From positions 1 through 64,000 of IMG/VR virus record IMGVR_UViG_3300030107_002709: DNA of 64,000 bases. One strand, written 5' to 3'. The position numbers and the translations under genes are program-made. The stretch comes from a virus. Shown here piece after piece: positions 1 to 10,888 of the stretch (positions are counted from its first letter, which is position 1; each line of letters starts with the position of its first letter). Below the pieces are notes generated by a model. The model made no database searches. It was given only the letters and a program-made list of their open reading frames with translations, and was not told the origin of the DNA.

Positions 1-679
1 CAGTAGCATCAACATTAAATATTAATTGATCACCTTGATAGGTAGTGATCGCTTGGTTAGCTGAACCTGACTGTGGTGTAAAGAACTTAGTAGTAGATGT
101 CCATCCACCAGGAGGATCACCAGTTAAATCAATAGCAGTACCATTACCAGCATTAGTTAGGTTTTCTGCTAACTTTATCTCAGTAGCACTGACACGAATA
201 ACATAGACAGTTTTATTGAGTGTTAGTCCACCAATAACATTATTAGCATCTCCACCACTAGGAATAAAAACAAGTTCTGTTCCTGTTGTTAGTACATCAT
301 TATAAGGAACCGTTAGAGTATCAGAACCAGCATTAAGTGCAGTTGGTATCCAAGTCTCTTGTAAATAATATGATGTAGTACCATTAGCAGTTACTTGGAA
401 CTTTCTTTCTGCTCTACTACTATTATTAGTCAGAGTACCACCACAATGCATCCAATCCATATTTTCAGGATCACTATTCTCTAGTCCATTGAAATAAGAA
501 ACTGGTTCTTCATTATTAGTCTGACCTGGCCACAAAGCACAGACAGGAACACCAGTCTTTGCAGTTCCTCCATGAAATCCTAGATCAGAAAAGACTTCCT
601 CTAATGCATCTAATACATCCAGTCTAGTCCATCCAGTCTGATCTGAATTTACATTTACTGTACCATAGTTTACTGCCAT
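1..679 (-). CDS. virion structural protein (partial, runs off window start)
   Basis: Not in ORF track; ATG at 679 gives open frame MAVNYGTVNVNSDQTGWTRLDVLDALEEVFSDLG... to window edge; Gly/Thr/Asn-rich, directly follows tail-fibre gene. Confidence 0.7.
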   Translation of the reverse strand, partial: MAVNYGTVNVNSDQTGWTRLDVLDALEEVFSDLGFHGGTAKTGVPVCALWPGQTNNEEPVSYFNGLENSDPENMDWMHCGGTLTNNSSRAERKFQVTANGTTSYYLQETWIPTALNAGSDTLTVPYNDVLTTGTELVFIPSGGDANNVIGGLTLNKTVYVIRVSATEIKLAENLTNAGNGTAIDLTGDPPGGWTSTTKFFTPQSGSANQAITTYQGDQLIFNVDAT

Positions 680-684
680 TGGAA

Positions 685-3600
685 CTACTCTCCTATTTTT
701 AGAACGGTTAGGGTCACTTGTATAGTGGCGGCTGAACCGCTTCTATTATTTATTGAAACATAAATGTTTTCGTCTCTTGGATTATTATTATTGAATCCCA
801 TAACACCAGGTGTTATAAGAACTTCTTGATTTGCTGCAGAAGTTCTAACCTCTGCTACTACACCACTACCTGGTGCTGGATCCGCACCTTCACTTCTATC
901 TTTATCAGTTTGTCTTGTAGCATCATCAACATACAATCTTATCCAAGCTTCATGAGATGAAGTAATCTTGTAAAGAACATACCCTTTGTGTCCTGTAATT
1001 GTTACTTCACCACGTGCATTATCAGCAATGCTAGTTGATGTTGCATTAACATCACCTATAGATGGAGCAGTTGATCCACCTGTTGAACTGATGACTCCAT
1101 TACCATCAATAGTAACAGTAGAACCATCAACCTTAACACCACCAAGAGTTCCACTAGCAGTAACACCAGCAGTAGGTAATGTATATGCTCCAGCGTTAGC
1201 ACTAAGAACACCAGTAGCAGCATCCATAGTAAGGTTAGCACCTACTTTAATACCACCAAGAACTGATGCTGATGCTTGAGGTATAGATGTTAAGTAACTT
1301 GCTAGGTCAGGTGGTGTGTATGTAAAGGTGCTACCAGTTAATGATATACCTCCACCACCACTAGCAGCAGCATTAGCTCCTACTGCATAGTCTTTACTGT
1401 TGATAGTAATTCTTTTGTTAGCACCATCCCATGCAACATCAGTTCCATTACTACCAATGAATTCTATACTGTTAACAGTTGGAGTTGTATCATCATCTGT
1501 TAGATCAATGAATGCATTAGTAGAACTTGTATTTCTACCAGTTAATGTGTAGGTTAATCCACCTCCTCCTCCACCACCACCAGTAACGGTAGCACTGAGG
1601 AATTTTGTACCACTATCATAGGCAAAAGTAATACCAGTATGAGTACCGTTGCTTATGGAAGACCATGTAGCATCCTTTGCCATATCATCGGTGTACTGAG
1701 TAACCGAAGTACCACCTTGCCTGAAGGTTATTGTATTAGCATCTGTCCTCTCAACACTAAGACCATCAGCACCAGCAAACTTGATTGAATTACTAATACC
1801 TCTAACAGAATCTTGTATCGTTAGATCAGTAGCATTAGGTCCAGCATTAATATCTGAACTCAAAGTATAGTTGTGAATACTTCCAAGTGATAGACCTAGA
1901 TTTATAGATTGGTTACTCCATGCATCAGTAGTAAGTGTTGATGTTAAACCACTACCAACATTAAGAGTAAACTTACCTGAATCTGTACCACTATTATCAA
2001 CCAACTTGATAATCTTTCTAGCACTATTCTCTGATGTAGTACCACTAGTATGTTCATTCGCAGAAAGAGTATATGTCTTCTCATAGTTACCCAACAAGGT
2101 ATCAAAATCAGAATTAGCTTCTGTTGTAGTAACTATTCTCTGACCTATCCAATCACTTCCATCAGAGTAATGCATTGCATTAATGTCACTAGCATATGCT
2201 ATCTGTCCTTCATGAGTTGAAGCAAGTGGATAGTTTGCTACACCAGAGTACACTGTTATACCAGAACCACTACCTCCTCCACCTCCACCAGCAGCATCAA
2301 CCCACTGTGAACTACTACCATCGTTGTAATAGATCTTTAACTGACCAGCGTTAGAGTTCCACCATAAGTCTCCAGCACTAGGTGCACCAGGTGCTGCATC
2401 ATTAATAGTAACGCTAGCTCCACCGCCGCCACCACCACCTGATAGAGTTGACCAAGATGTATTACCAGATCCATCACTGATAAGAACTTGGTTAGCACTA
2501 CCGTTATTTGGTGGGAATACAAAGGTTGTGTTACCAGATAATAAGGATGCTGCTGGAGATTTTAATGTTGTTTGGTATTGATTATTATTATCAGTAGATA
2601 AGTTTAACTCTGCAACAGAATTACCAGCAGAAACAGTCAGTCCACCAACAGTTATAGCAGTTGTAGTTGTACTACCACGACCAGTAACTGAAGAAAGAGT
2701 ATCAGTCTCAGTGTAAGATCCAGCCTGATTGACCCAACTTGTATTTCCCGATCCATCTGTGCGTAAAACTTGATCTACATTACCATGACTTGCAGGTAAC
2801 GTGAAGTTAATGTTACCACTGAAGTTAGCATGGGGTGGTGCTTTTACACTTACCTTATGTGCATTACTAACCTCACAATAGAGGTCGATAGATGCCACGT
2901 TTCCAGTGCCTGTTCTTATTGATAGAAGACCATCAGCAAGAGTGATACCACCCGTAGTACCATTACCACCAATGGTAGCAGAGTTATTTGATGTTGATCC
3001 CCTAGCAATAACATTAGCAAGGGTGCTGGTCTCCGTGTAAGATGTTAAATAATTACTAAGATCTGGTGGGGTGAATGAAAAGACTCCATTTGCACTGTTA
3101 TATGTTATGTTTCCGTTACCACTAGCAGCATTTGGTGCACCAACAGACAAAGCAGTTAGTGCTACATACCCACCAGAAGCATGATCACCCCATGCATATG
3201 CTGCATCCCAGTTAGTTATCTTAGTACCAGTAATATTATATGCAGCAGAAGCAACAAAGACTGGATCAGACTCTGCAGATGTTGAAGTTAGATATCCCTG
3301 TGTACTATGATCACCCCAACCATGAGCTTCATTCCAATCTGTTGAAGTACCACCAGTAGCAGTAACAACACCACTGACTGTAATTCCTGTCGCCGTAGTA
3401 GCTAATTTCTCTGCTGCAGAATGATATAACTTAACCTCTCCATCAGGAACAAACTTAGCAAGAAGGTCACTGGTTCCATTCTTTAATAAGTTAATATCAT
3501 GTGCACTCTCAATTGATAATGGATTACCAGCATTAGAATGTTTTATCTGACTCTTACTACCTGTATGAACAATAGTAAAATCAGATCCTGTACCAAGAAC

Positions 3601-4320
3601 TATGGACTGAGTATCTGATAAGACAATTCCACCAACTGTAAGTATTTGGTTAGTACTACTTCCTCTATCAGATACACTATCAAGTGTTTCATTAACAGCA
3701 AAAGATCCGAAACTAAGACCACCCGATCCATCAGTAACTATAGCTTGTCCAGACAGACCATCATTTGAAGGGTAGGTTAAACCAGAAGCTTCTAAAGTAT
3801 TTGATATAGTGGTTTTTAAATTTGTTACAGTAACCTTGGCTACATTATTCTGATATAGTTTTACAGTACCACCCACACCCTCAGATGCTTCAATCAGTGT
3901 AGAACTACTTGCTTGATTCTTTAAAGCAATAGCATCACTACAAATTTCTAAACCAGTTAAAGCAACTATCCTATTACCATCAGCAGTGGTGTGAGATATT
4001 GCTAGGTCATCACTAGCACCAAACAATGCAGCTGCACCATCACCCCATTTCAGTGAATCACCAGATGGACTCCATTGTACATTACTTGTTGAACCAGTGA
4101 ATGTTGATGTACCACCACTTACAAATCCAGCATCAAGAGTAAGTTGTACATTAGTAGTAGCACCTCTGTTTGTAACTGTTGCTAAATCATCTGTACCTGT
4201 ACTTGATACTCCAACAGATTCCCAAGCAACACCATCCCACGCCCAAGTCCTCCCACCTGTAGTATAGGTGAAACTACCATCAGTTAGTTGCCCTGCGGTT
4301 GAGGGAAAATTTATGGCCAT
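685..4320 (-). CDS. modular tail fibre / virion structural protein (1211 aa)
   Basis: G/S/T-rich, repeated LxxVxxRGxxT modules, poly-Gly linkers, GDLWW module; late promoter upstream. Confidence 0.8.
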   Translation of the reverse strand: MAINFPSTAGQLTDGSFTYTTGGRTWAWDGVAWESVGVSSTGTDDLATVTNRGATTNVQLTLDAGFVSGGTSTFTGSTSNVQWSPSGDSLKWGDGAAALFGASDDLAISHTTADGNRIVALTGLEICSDAIALKNQASSSTLIEASEGVGGTVKLYQNNVAKVTVTNLKTTISNTLEASGLTYPSNDGLSGQAIVTDGSGGLSFGSFAVNETLDSVSDRGSSTNQILTVGGIVLSDTQSIVLGTGSDFTIVHTGSKSQIKHSNAGNPLSIESAHDINLLKNGTSDLLAKFVPDGEVKLYHSAAEKLATTATGITVSGVVTATGGTSTDWNEAHGWGDHSTQGYLTSTSAESDPVFVASAAYNITGTKITNWDAAYAWGDHASGGYVALTALSVGAPNAASGNGNITYNSANGVFSFTPPDLSNYLTSYTETSTLANVIARGSTSNNSATIGGNGTTGGITLADGLLSIRTGTGNVASIDLYCEVSNAHKVSVKAPPHANFSGNINFTLPASHGNVDQVLRTDGSGNTSWVNQAGSYTETDTLSSVTGRGSTTTTAITVGGLTVSAGNSVAELNLSTDNNNQYQTTLKSPAASLLSGNTTFVFPPNNGSANQVLISDGSGNTSWSTLSGGGGGGGASVTINDAAPGAPSAGDLWWNSNAGQLKIYYNDGSSSQWVDAAGGGGGGSGSGITVYSGVANYPLASTHEGQIAYASDINAMHYSDGSDWIGQRIVTTTEANSDFDTLLGNYEKTYTLSANEHTSGTTSENSARKIIKLVDNSGTDSGKFTLNVGSGLTSTLTTDAWSNQSINLGLSLGSIHNYTLSSDINAGPNATDLTIQDSVRGISNSIKFAGADGLSVERTDANTITFRQGGTSVTQYTDDMAKDATWSSISNGTHTGITFAYDSGTKFLSATVTGGGGGGGGLTYTLTGRNTSSTNAFIDLTDDDTTPTVNSIEFIGSNGTDVAWDGANKRITINSKDYAVGANAAASGGGGISLTGSTFTYTPPDLASYLTSIPQASASVLGGIKVGANLTMDAATGVLSANAGAYTLPTAGVTASGTLGGVKVDGSTVTIDGNGVISSTGGSTAPSIGDVNATSTSIADNARGEVTITGHKGYVLYKITSSHEAWIRLYVDDATRQTDKDRSEGADPAPGSGVVAEVRTSAANQEVLITPGVMGFNNNNPRDENIYVSINNRSGSAATIQVTLTVLKIGE
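3233..3268. repeat. direct repeat shared with 7652-7687 (29 nt identical, 35/36 overall)
   Basis: atattatatgcagcagaagcaacaaagac occurs in both fibre genes, encoding DPVFVASAAYNI. Confidence 0.85.
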
Positions 4321-4342
4321 GCTTAGATTACTCCTTCCAGTT

Positions 4343-4349
4343 TATTTAT
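4343..4349 (-). promoter_or_regulatory. T4-type late promoter (ATAAATA)
   Basis: ~23 nt upstream of the 1211-aa gene start; matches gp55 TATAAATA-like consensus. Confidence 0.7.
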
Positions 4350-4350
4350 C

Positions 4351-7300
4351 CTATAGAGCTGCTATTCTTGTTTGGAAATCAGCGAAGTCAGTAGATGCTG
4401 CAACGACACTCTTCAATTCACTTAGTTTAATATAATCTGTCTGGGATAACGGTGGTGTTGCAGAAACCCACTGTGAAGAATCAGGATCTTGGTAGTAGAT
4501 CTTAAGTGTACCATCAGTTGAATCCCACCATAGATCACCATCAATTGCTGTTGCTGGAGCAGTATCATCAGTAGATACATTAGCACCACCGCCACCGCCA
4601 CCGCCTCCACCAGAACCACTGGAGACCTTCATGATGTAGCAGAGGGCATAGTATTTTGGTCTGATGTCTACATTGTTACCACTACCATTAGTTAAAACAG
4701 TAGCACCAGTAGTCTTAACATCAGATCCAAGACTTAAAGTTCTGTCTCCGATAGAAATACTAGTTGGATTGCTATCTACAGTTACACTAGAGTTAGAACT
4801 ACCAACAGATCCTGATACAGAAACAGATGGACTTGCACTACCTGTACTACCACTATGAGTGTGGCCACCAGCATTACCTGTGTTACCACCAACATTTCCA
4901 TAGAAACTATGACTGTGACCACCACCACTACTGATACTTATACCAGTACCAGAACTCCAAGTTGAACTAGTAGAAGCTCCAGAAACAACAGTAGTATCAG
5001 CTCCATGACTATCAGTATCAACACCTGTACCTCCAGAAGGTATAGCAGCCGTATGTTGATGGCCAGGATCACTTACACTGTGACCATGATTTCCACCACT
5101 ACCTGTGTTACCGCTAACACTACCACTCATAGAGTGAGAGTGAGAACCCTGACTAGATCCAGTACTGAAGTTGTGACTATGTGAACTAGATGATCCACTA
5201 CCACTCCAACTATGTGAGTGTCCACTATCACTTACGTCATGAGAGTGTCCATCATCTGTAACACTATGAGTATGAGATCCAACTGAAGTATGTGAGTGTC
5301 CAGGATCATTCAAACCATGAGCATGAGAAGGCATCTGATTAGTGGTCAGAGTTATTAAATCATTACCACCAGTATCATCAACAGAATATGTTTCACCTAC
5401 GTTACCAGTTCCTATAGAAGCACCAACAACAAATCTATCTCTTAGATCAGGAGTCTGTTGTCCATTCTGCACAGAACCATCACACAATGCCCAACCAGTT
5501 GGTATATTACTGATAGATCCAGACCAAATTATAATCATACCTTGCTCAACACCGCTAGGTGGTATCACCTGATCTGCTGCTTCCCACTTCAATGTAGAAC
5601 TATTGTACTGTAATATCTGACCAGAACCAGGTGATGCTGTTGAAACATCTGATAGATCATTAAGAGAACTAGCACTCAAACCAGTTAAATATCCAGCACT
5701 AGCATGGTTACCCCATCCATGTGCTGTAGTCCAATTAGTTGAGTTTCCACCAGTAGTAGTGATCTCACCACTAACTGTAATTCCAGATGTAGTAGTCTCA
5801 AATTTCTTTACTTTATTCCAGAACAACTCAACTGAACCTGAGTCATTGAAGATTGCTCTGTTACCACCACTCTCAGTAATTCTTAATGGATGTCCACCTG
5901 GACTACTAACAATATTAGCAGATCCACTATGACCAATCTGTAGATCCTGTCCAGCACCCATCTTAAGATAGATACTATCATCTACAGTAATATCATTGGT
6001 ACTAGAAATACCATGAGCAGTGATAGAAGTTGTAGTAGTGTTACCTCTTTGAGCAACATTATCAAGAGTGTCTGCAGCAGAAACAACAGCAGGAGTAAAT
6101 TCAAATACACCAGTGTTAGAATTATATGATAATCCACCACCAGCAGCTGCTGTTACAGTACTAACGGATAGATCTGTTAGGTTTATACCACCTCCACCAC
6201 TAGCAGTAAGGTCAGACGCTGGTTCATATAGATTTGTATTTGCATTCCACTTCAGTATCTGACCCTGTGAAGGAGCAGCAGAAGATACATCAGCAAGATC
6301 TTTTGTCTTAAATCCTTGTCCACTAATGGTTATAGAACCAACATCTAGAGCACTCGAAATCGTCACTCCAGTCGCAGTGGTTTCTAAACGCTTTGTTCCA
6401 TTATGGTAGAGCTCAACTGTACCACCATTAATAAACTGTGCTAATAGATCTCCACTAGCACCACCACCATTAGTAATCTTTGTTATACCACCAGTAGAAC
6501 CTATCAATAGATCAGAGTTAACAGTCCTCAATGATAGATCAACTGTGTTACCTACTATCTCATCTACTGTAGTATCATGATATATCTGTAAGGTCTGAGA
6601 AGGACCGAACCTTAACTTATGATTTGCACCTGAAAGATCCAATCCACCAGCAGTAATAACATTACTAGTAGTAGCACCATTAGTACTAACATCATGTAAG
6701 TCTGATGATGTTGGAGCTGAAGCAAGGTTGGTGAAGCTAACGACACCTTGACCATTTGTGGTCATGACTTGTCCTGGATTACCGTCAGCCGCAGGGTAGG
6801 TTAAACCACTAACCTTAAACGTACCATTATTACCATTATTAAATTCTACATTACCATTAGAATATATCCTAGAGTAAGTATTGATGCTAACGTATCCATT
6901 AGCAGTGGTGATGAACATATCACCTTCTTGACCCTTGATAGTTCCCTGTACACTAGTATCACTGTTTGCTCTGAATCTAATCTCTGAATGAGATCCAGTA
7001 TCAATAAGTGATAGAGCACCATTCAACGTACCATCATTAGATACATCAACACCACCAACAACAAGAGTATTGGTAGTCTGATTACCTCTATCTGTTACAT
7101 CATCTAAGTCATCACTACCTGATGCTCCACTTACACTAGATACACTAGTCGGAACCCATAGTCCATCACCATCACTCCATGCTAATACCTTACCATCAGC
7201 AGCACTATCAACTGAAGTAGATACATTTGTTAAAGTTCCTAGTGTAGATGGTACAGAAGGCTTACCAGTTAAAGAGTTCCATGTACCATCAAATAATGAT

Positions 7301-9903
7301 GGTGTGTTAGTTAAACTATTATAGTCTCCATTGAATACATCAGCAGGTGTAAAGGTAAACGTACCATTATTATCATAAGATAAACTACCACCACCTGAAG
7401 CAGGTGATCCTGTAGATACAGAGAAGGCAGTCAATCCACCTACAATTCCACCACCACCTGATAGATCAGATCCAGGAGCCCATTTGTTCTGTGCAGAACT
7501 CCACTTAAGAACCTGTCCATCTGAAGGAGAAGCATTAGATACATCAAACAGATCAGAAAGATTCTCAGTTAAAATATTTGTTAGATAACCCTGACTAGAA
7601 TGATTACCCCATTGATATGCAGCATTCCAGTTAGCAGTTTGAACATTAGTTATATTATATGCAGCAGAAGCAACAAAGACAGGATCAATCTCATTGTATG
7701 ACGTTAGATAAGGACTAAGATCTGGTGGTGCATATGTGAATATACCATTAGAAGGACTGTATGTTAATCCACCTGGTCCACTAGGATTTAATTGGTATAC
7801 AGAAAGTTGAGAGAAGTCTGCATTACCTCCACCACCTCCACCTTCACCTTCACCATGATCAGCTTGGGCTGCCCATTTAGTACCATCCCATTTAATTATA
7901 TGTCCTACTGCAAGTGTTCCAGTATCTACATCACTAAGATCACCTATACTTGCTTGACTTACTTGCTGTCCTAGTTGAATCCAAGTTCCATCCTGATACA
8001 TCTCAACTTGGTTTGAACTATTGTTATAAACCAGAGTACCATTGAGTACATTTAGTGCATCTCTTTCACTAGTTGTCTTACTAGGTAACTTAAGTGAATC
8101 TAATATACTAAGAGAAGATATATTACCAGCAGCAGATACAATATTATCGGTATTAATATAACCATCTACTTTAAACTCACCACCACCAGGTTCCCATAGT
8201 AATTGGTTAGTTCCAGCAAAACCACCACCAGAATTATACTGTATCGATCCTGTTACTCCACCAGCATTAGGAGTACCACCTCCACCTCCACCAGAGACAG
8301 AAGTAGTAGCAATACTTGTTATCCTTCCTGTTGGACTTACAGTAATAATAGGTATACTATTAGCACTACCATAAGTTCCACCAGATGCACCTGTTAACCC
8401 TGATAACTGATCTGCATTACCAGTGTATGCATTAGCATCTAATGTACCAGTTACAGTAAGACCAGCAAATGTAGGAGTAGCAGCAACACTTAAGTCTTGT
8501 GCAACAGAGAAAGTTAACTCATTATTATTTGTACCACCTCTAGTAAGAGTAACACCAGTACCAGCAGTTAATTTAAACTCCTCTGCATTAGAATTACTAT
8601 CAGTTAAACGAACAATCTTTGTGCTAGCTTGTGTATCATTCTCTACAGTCAGATAGTATAAAGTATCTGCAGAGTCAACAGTTAATTTCTTATTGGTATT
8701 ATCAAGGTTAACTGTAGTAGCACCAGTACCTACTACTTGTAGAATATCATTACTAGCAATAGTAACATTTACAGTAGCATCTCCTATTGCCCATCCTGCA
8801 TACAGCGAAGGTATCTGACCCCAAGTAGCTGTGTTACCATCTGATGTGAGGTATCTACCAGAATTACCTGCTTGAGCAGGTAACAATGCAGTGATTGCTG
8901 CTGACGCTGTGGTAGCACCAGTACCACCATATGCTATACCTATGGTATTAGCATTCCAAATACCAGATGTTAGTGCACCAACACTAGTAAGACTAGAACT
9001 TACTACAGTGTTACCAAGACCAGTAGAATCTATTACACTAATTCCATTGATCTTATATTCTTTACCTATAGATAGATCCCAATTCTCTGAAGACTTCCAA
9101 GCATCCTCACTATTATCCCAGAGAATAGTATGTTCTGTGTTCCCCTTTAATTTTATACCACCACCATCAGCTATACTATCTGAAGGGGCGAGGACATCAT
9201 TTAAAAATATGAACTTATCTGTTGTAGTAACAGTGGTAACATTAGAGTACGTTGTCGTTCCCTGTACTGTAAGATTACCTGATATTACAAGAGAATTAAA
9301 TGTTACAGAGTCAGTTGTTCCTACTGGTTGTCCAATCTGAATCTGATTCTCGGAATTAATGGTTACACCATTCGTTCCTGTATATGTTGTGTTTGTATCA
9401 GTTGCATTTACGGTGATCGTTCTACCGCTTTGAGTAATATTAGCAGCACCGCTACCAACAATAGATACATCTCCATCAGTATAGCCTGTACCATTAGCAC
9501 CTATCTTCGTTACTGTATCAGTGTCTGTGAAGTTACCATCAACAGTAATCCTAGATCCATCTCTAGTTAAAGCTATGTTTGAACCTGCAACAAGGACTAC
9601 TTCAGAGCTTGATCCTCCTGATCCACCTGCAGTTAACTTAATTACTTTATCCGTTACTGGATTAACTCCATCAACAGCAGACACTACGTAAGTCGTGTTG
9701 CTATCTGTTGTGGAAATACTAAACCACTCTAGTCCTGTAGATCCCCTTCCTAAAACTTGGCCTGATAATCCTGGGTTGCTATTAAGAATAATAGAACCAT
9801 CAATTTCTAAATTTTTAGTACTAGGTATCTTAAGACCTTCGACTGCAAGGGTAGGACCACTACCACCTTGATTGATGAGTTCGTTTACTCTAATTCTGGA
9901 CAT
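4351..9903 (-). CDS. long tail fibre with collar domain and His-x-His tip (1850 aa)
   Basis: Collar motif GMIIIWSG..IPTGWALCDG..TPDLRDRFVVGA, closing RPKYYALCYIMK, 11 HxH motifs, repeated DL.DV..GQ.LKW modules. Confidence 0.88.
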   Translation of the reverse strand: MSRIRVNELINQGGSGPTLAVEGLKIPSTKNLEIDGSIILNSNPGLSGQVLGRGSTGLEWFSISTTDSNTTYVVSAVDGVNPVTDKVIKLTAGGSGGSSSEVVLVAGSNIALTRDGSRITVDGNFTDTDTVTKIGANGTGYTDGDVSIVGSGAANITQSGRTITVNATDTNTTYTGTNGVTINSENQIQIGQPVGTTDSVTFNSLVISGNLTVQGTTTYSNVTTVTTTDKFIFLNDVLAPSDSIADGGGIKLKGNTEHTILWDNSEDAWKSSENWDLSIGKEYKINGISVIDSTGLGNTVVSSSLTSVGALTSGIWNANTIGIAYGGTGATTASAAITALLPAQAGNSGRYLTSDGNTATWGQIPSLYAGWAIGDATVNVTIASNDILQVVGTGATTVNLDNTNKKLTVDSADTLYYLTVENDTQASTKIVRLTDSNSNAEEFKLTAGTGVTLTRGGTNNNELTFSVAQDLSVAATPTFAGLTVTGTLDANAYTGNADQLSGLTGASGGTYGSANSIPIITVSPTGRITSIATTSVSGGGGGGTPNAGGVTGSIQYNSGGGFAGTNQLLWEPGGGEFKVDGYINTDNIVSAAGNISSLSILDSLKLPSKTTSERDALNVLNGTLVYNNSSNQVEMYQDGTWIQLGQQVSQASIGDLSDVDTGTLAVGHIIKWDGTKWAAQADHGEGEGGGGGGNADFSQLSVYQLNPSGPGGLTYSPSNGIFTYAPPDLSPYLTSYNEIDPVFVASAAYNITNVQTANWNAAYQWGNHSSQGYLTNILTENLSDLFDVSNASPSDGQVLKWSSAQNKWAPGSDLSGGGGIVGGLTAFSVSTGSPASGGGSLSYDNNGTFTFTPADVFNGDYNSLTNTPSLFDGTWNSLTGKPSVPSTLGTLTNVSTSVDSAADGKVLAWSDGDGLWVPTSVSSVSGASGSDDLDDVTDRGNQTTNTLVVGGVDVSNDGTLNGALSLIDTGSHSEIRFRANSDTSVQGTIKGQEGDMFITTANGYVSINTYSRIYSNGNVEFNNGNNGTFKVSGLTYPAADGNPGQVMTTNGQGVVSFTNLASAPTSSDLHDVSTNGATTSNVITAGGLDLSGANHKLRFGPSQTLQIYHDTTVDEIVGNTVDLSLRTVNSDLLIGSTGGITKITNGGGASGDLLAQFINGGTVELYHNGTKRLETTATGVTISSALDVGSITISGQGFKTKDLADVSSAAPSQGQILKWNANTNLYEPASDLTASGGGGINLTDLSVSTVTAAAGGGLSYNSNTGVFEFTPAVVSAADTLDNVAQRGNTTTTSITAHGISSTNDITVDDSIYLKMGAGQDLQIGHSGSANIVSSPGGHPLRITESGGNRAIFNDSGSVELFWNKVKKFETTTSGITVSGEITTTGGNSTNWTTAHGWGNHASAGYLTGLSASSLNDLSDVSTASPGSGQILQYNSSTLKWEAADQVIPPSGVEQGMIIIWSGSISNIPTGWALCDGSVQNGQQTPDLRDRFVVGASIGTGNVGETYSVDDTGGNDLITLTTNQMPSHAHGLNDPGHSHTSVGSHTHSVTDDGHSHDVSDSGHSHSWSGSGSSSSHSHNFSTGSSQGSHSHSMSGSVSGNTGSGGNHGHSVSDPGHQHTAAIPSGGTGVDTDSHGADTTVVSGASTSSTWSSGTGISISSGGGHSHSFYGNVGGNTGNAGGHTHSGSTGSASPSVSVSGSVGSSNSSVTVDSNPTSISIGDRTLSLGSDVKTTGATVLTNGSGNNVDIRPKYYALCYIMKVSSGSGGGGGGGGGANVSTDDTAPATAIDGDLWWDSTDGTLKIYYQDPDSSQWVSATPPLSQTDYIKLSELKSVVAASTDFADFQTRIAAL

Positions 9904-9932
9904 TCTTCACCGCCTTATCACAGCATCAAAGG

Positions 9933-9939
9933 TATTTAT
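9933..9939 (-). promoter_or_regulatory. late promoter (ATAAATA)
   Basis: ~30 nt upstream of the 1850-aa fibre start. Confidence 0.7.
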
Positions 9940-10556
9940 CAACCAGACAATCGTGCCTTTATATCTTTACCTTTTTGGACATCAGATTTGAATGATTCAT
10001 AACATGAAAACACACTTGTATTATATCCTGACGGTAGGCTCTCGAATGTAATATCTAATGGTGAAGCAAATGTTGCTGGTAAATCTCTAACCCATTGTCT
10101 AAAAGTATCCCACTCATTATTCTTAAGACTTGTAATATATTCATAGTGATCCGTTGCTGTTAACAAATCATCTCTCATACTTCTAGCTTGTTTTCTTTCA
10201 GCAACAGTTCCCCATTCACCCCACTCAGTTAAGTATTCGGTATCTTCTTTATCCTGTTGTGCTTGTGTTGCTGCTGCTATTTCTGCTTCTATCTTATCAC
10301 ACTCAGTACGAGCCCACACATTATAATAATCTCTCAGTTCATTGGACATCTCAGTAGATGCTTCACGACCTTCAGGTTTAGTTGTCTTCCACTCAATACA
10401 ATTAACATTATTAACAGAATCGTAACGTACAGCCCATATATGCTCCCACTTATCTGTTGGTGCATTACTGGTAAAATCTCTGTCACCATATATCCTGTCG
10501 CCATACATGACTGTTCCATCAGTGGAAGATTCACCAACTAAAATAGAGAATTTCAT
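9939..10556 (-). CDS. tail fibre assembly chaperone-like protein
   Basis: C-terminal R..RDDLL..TD....W..FRQ.VRDLP motif typical of phage tail assembly chaperones; located between fibre genes. Confidence 0.7.
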   Translation of the reverse strand: MKFSILVGESSTDGTVMYGDRIYGDRDFTSNAPTDKWEHIWAVRYDSVNNVNCIEWKTTKPEGREASTEMSNELRDYYNVWARTECDKIEAEIAAATQAQQDKEDTEYLTEWGEWGTVAERKQARSMRDDLLTATDHYEYITSLKNNEWDTFRQWVRDLPATFASPLDITFESLPSGYNTSVFSCYESFKSDVQKGKDIKARLSG

Positions 10557-10882
10557 TTACCGCCTTTAATGATACCTTTATTATTTAGAGTTTCTGCTAA
10601 GATAGCAGGTACAATTTCTTGTGCTTGTACCATAACCTTAGTCAATTCCTGTGTCTGTTCAACACTAACATTCCTAAAGCTCTCCACAGCAGCACCAGCC
10701 TGTCTTGCTTGACTAGATGCTTCAATGATAAGCATAGGTAACATACTAATAGAACAATCCCATTCATCAAGTTGTTCACCTGTCTGTGGATGAGTACCTC
10801 TTAACTGTATCCACCACTTACAATCCCATTTTTTACAAGGACCACCCACAAGTGGGCAGTAATCACCAGATTCTAATTTCAT
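10553..10882 (-). CDS. conserved Cys-rich hypothetical protein associated with tail fibre
   Basis: CPL...PC....CKWW...C pattern; overlaps next gene start (ATGA-type coupling). Confidence 0.7.
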   Translation of the reverse strand: MKLESGDYCPLVGGPCKKWDCKWWIQLRGTHPQTGEQLDEWDCSISMLPMLIIEASSQARQAGAAVESFRNVSVEQTQELTKVMVQAQEIVPAILAETLNNKGIIKGGK

Positions 10883-10888
10883 ATTAAG

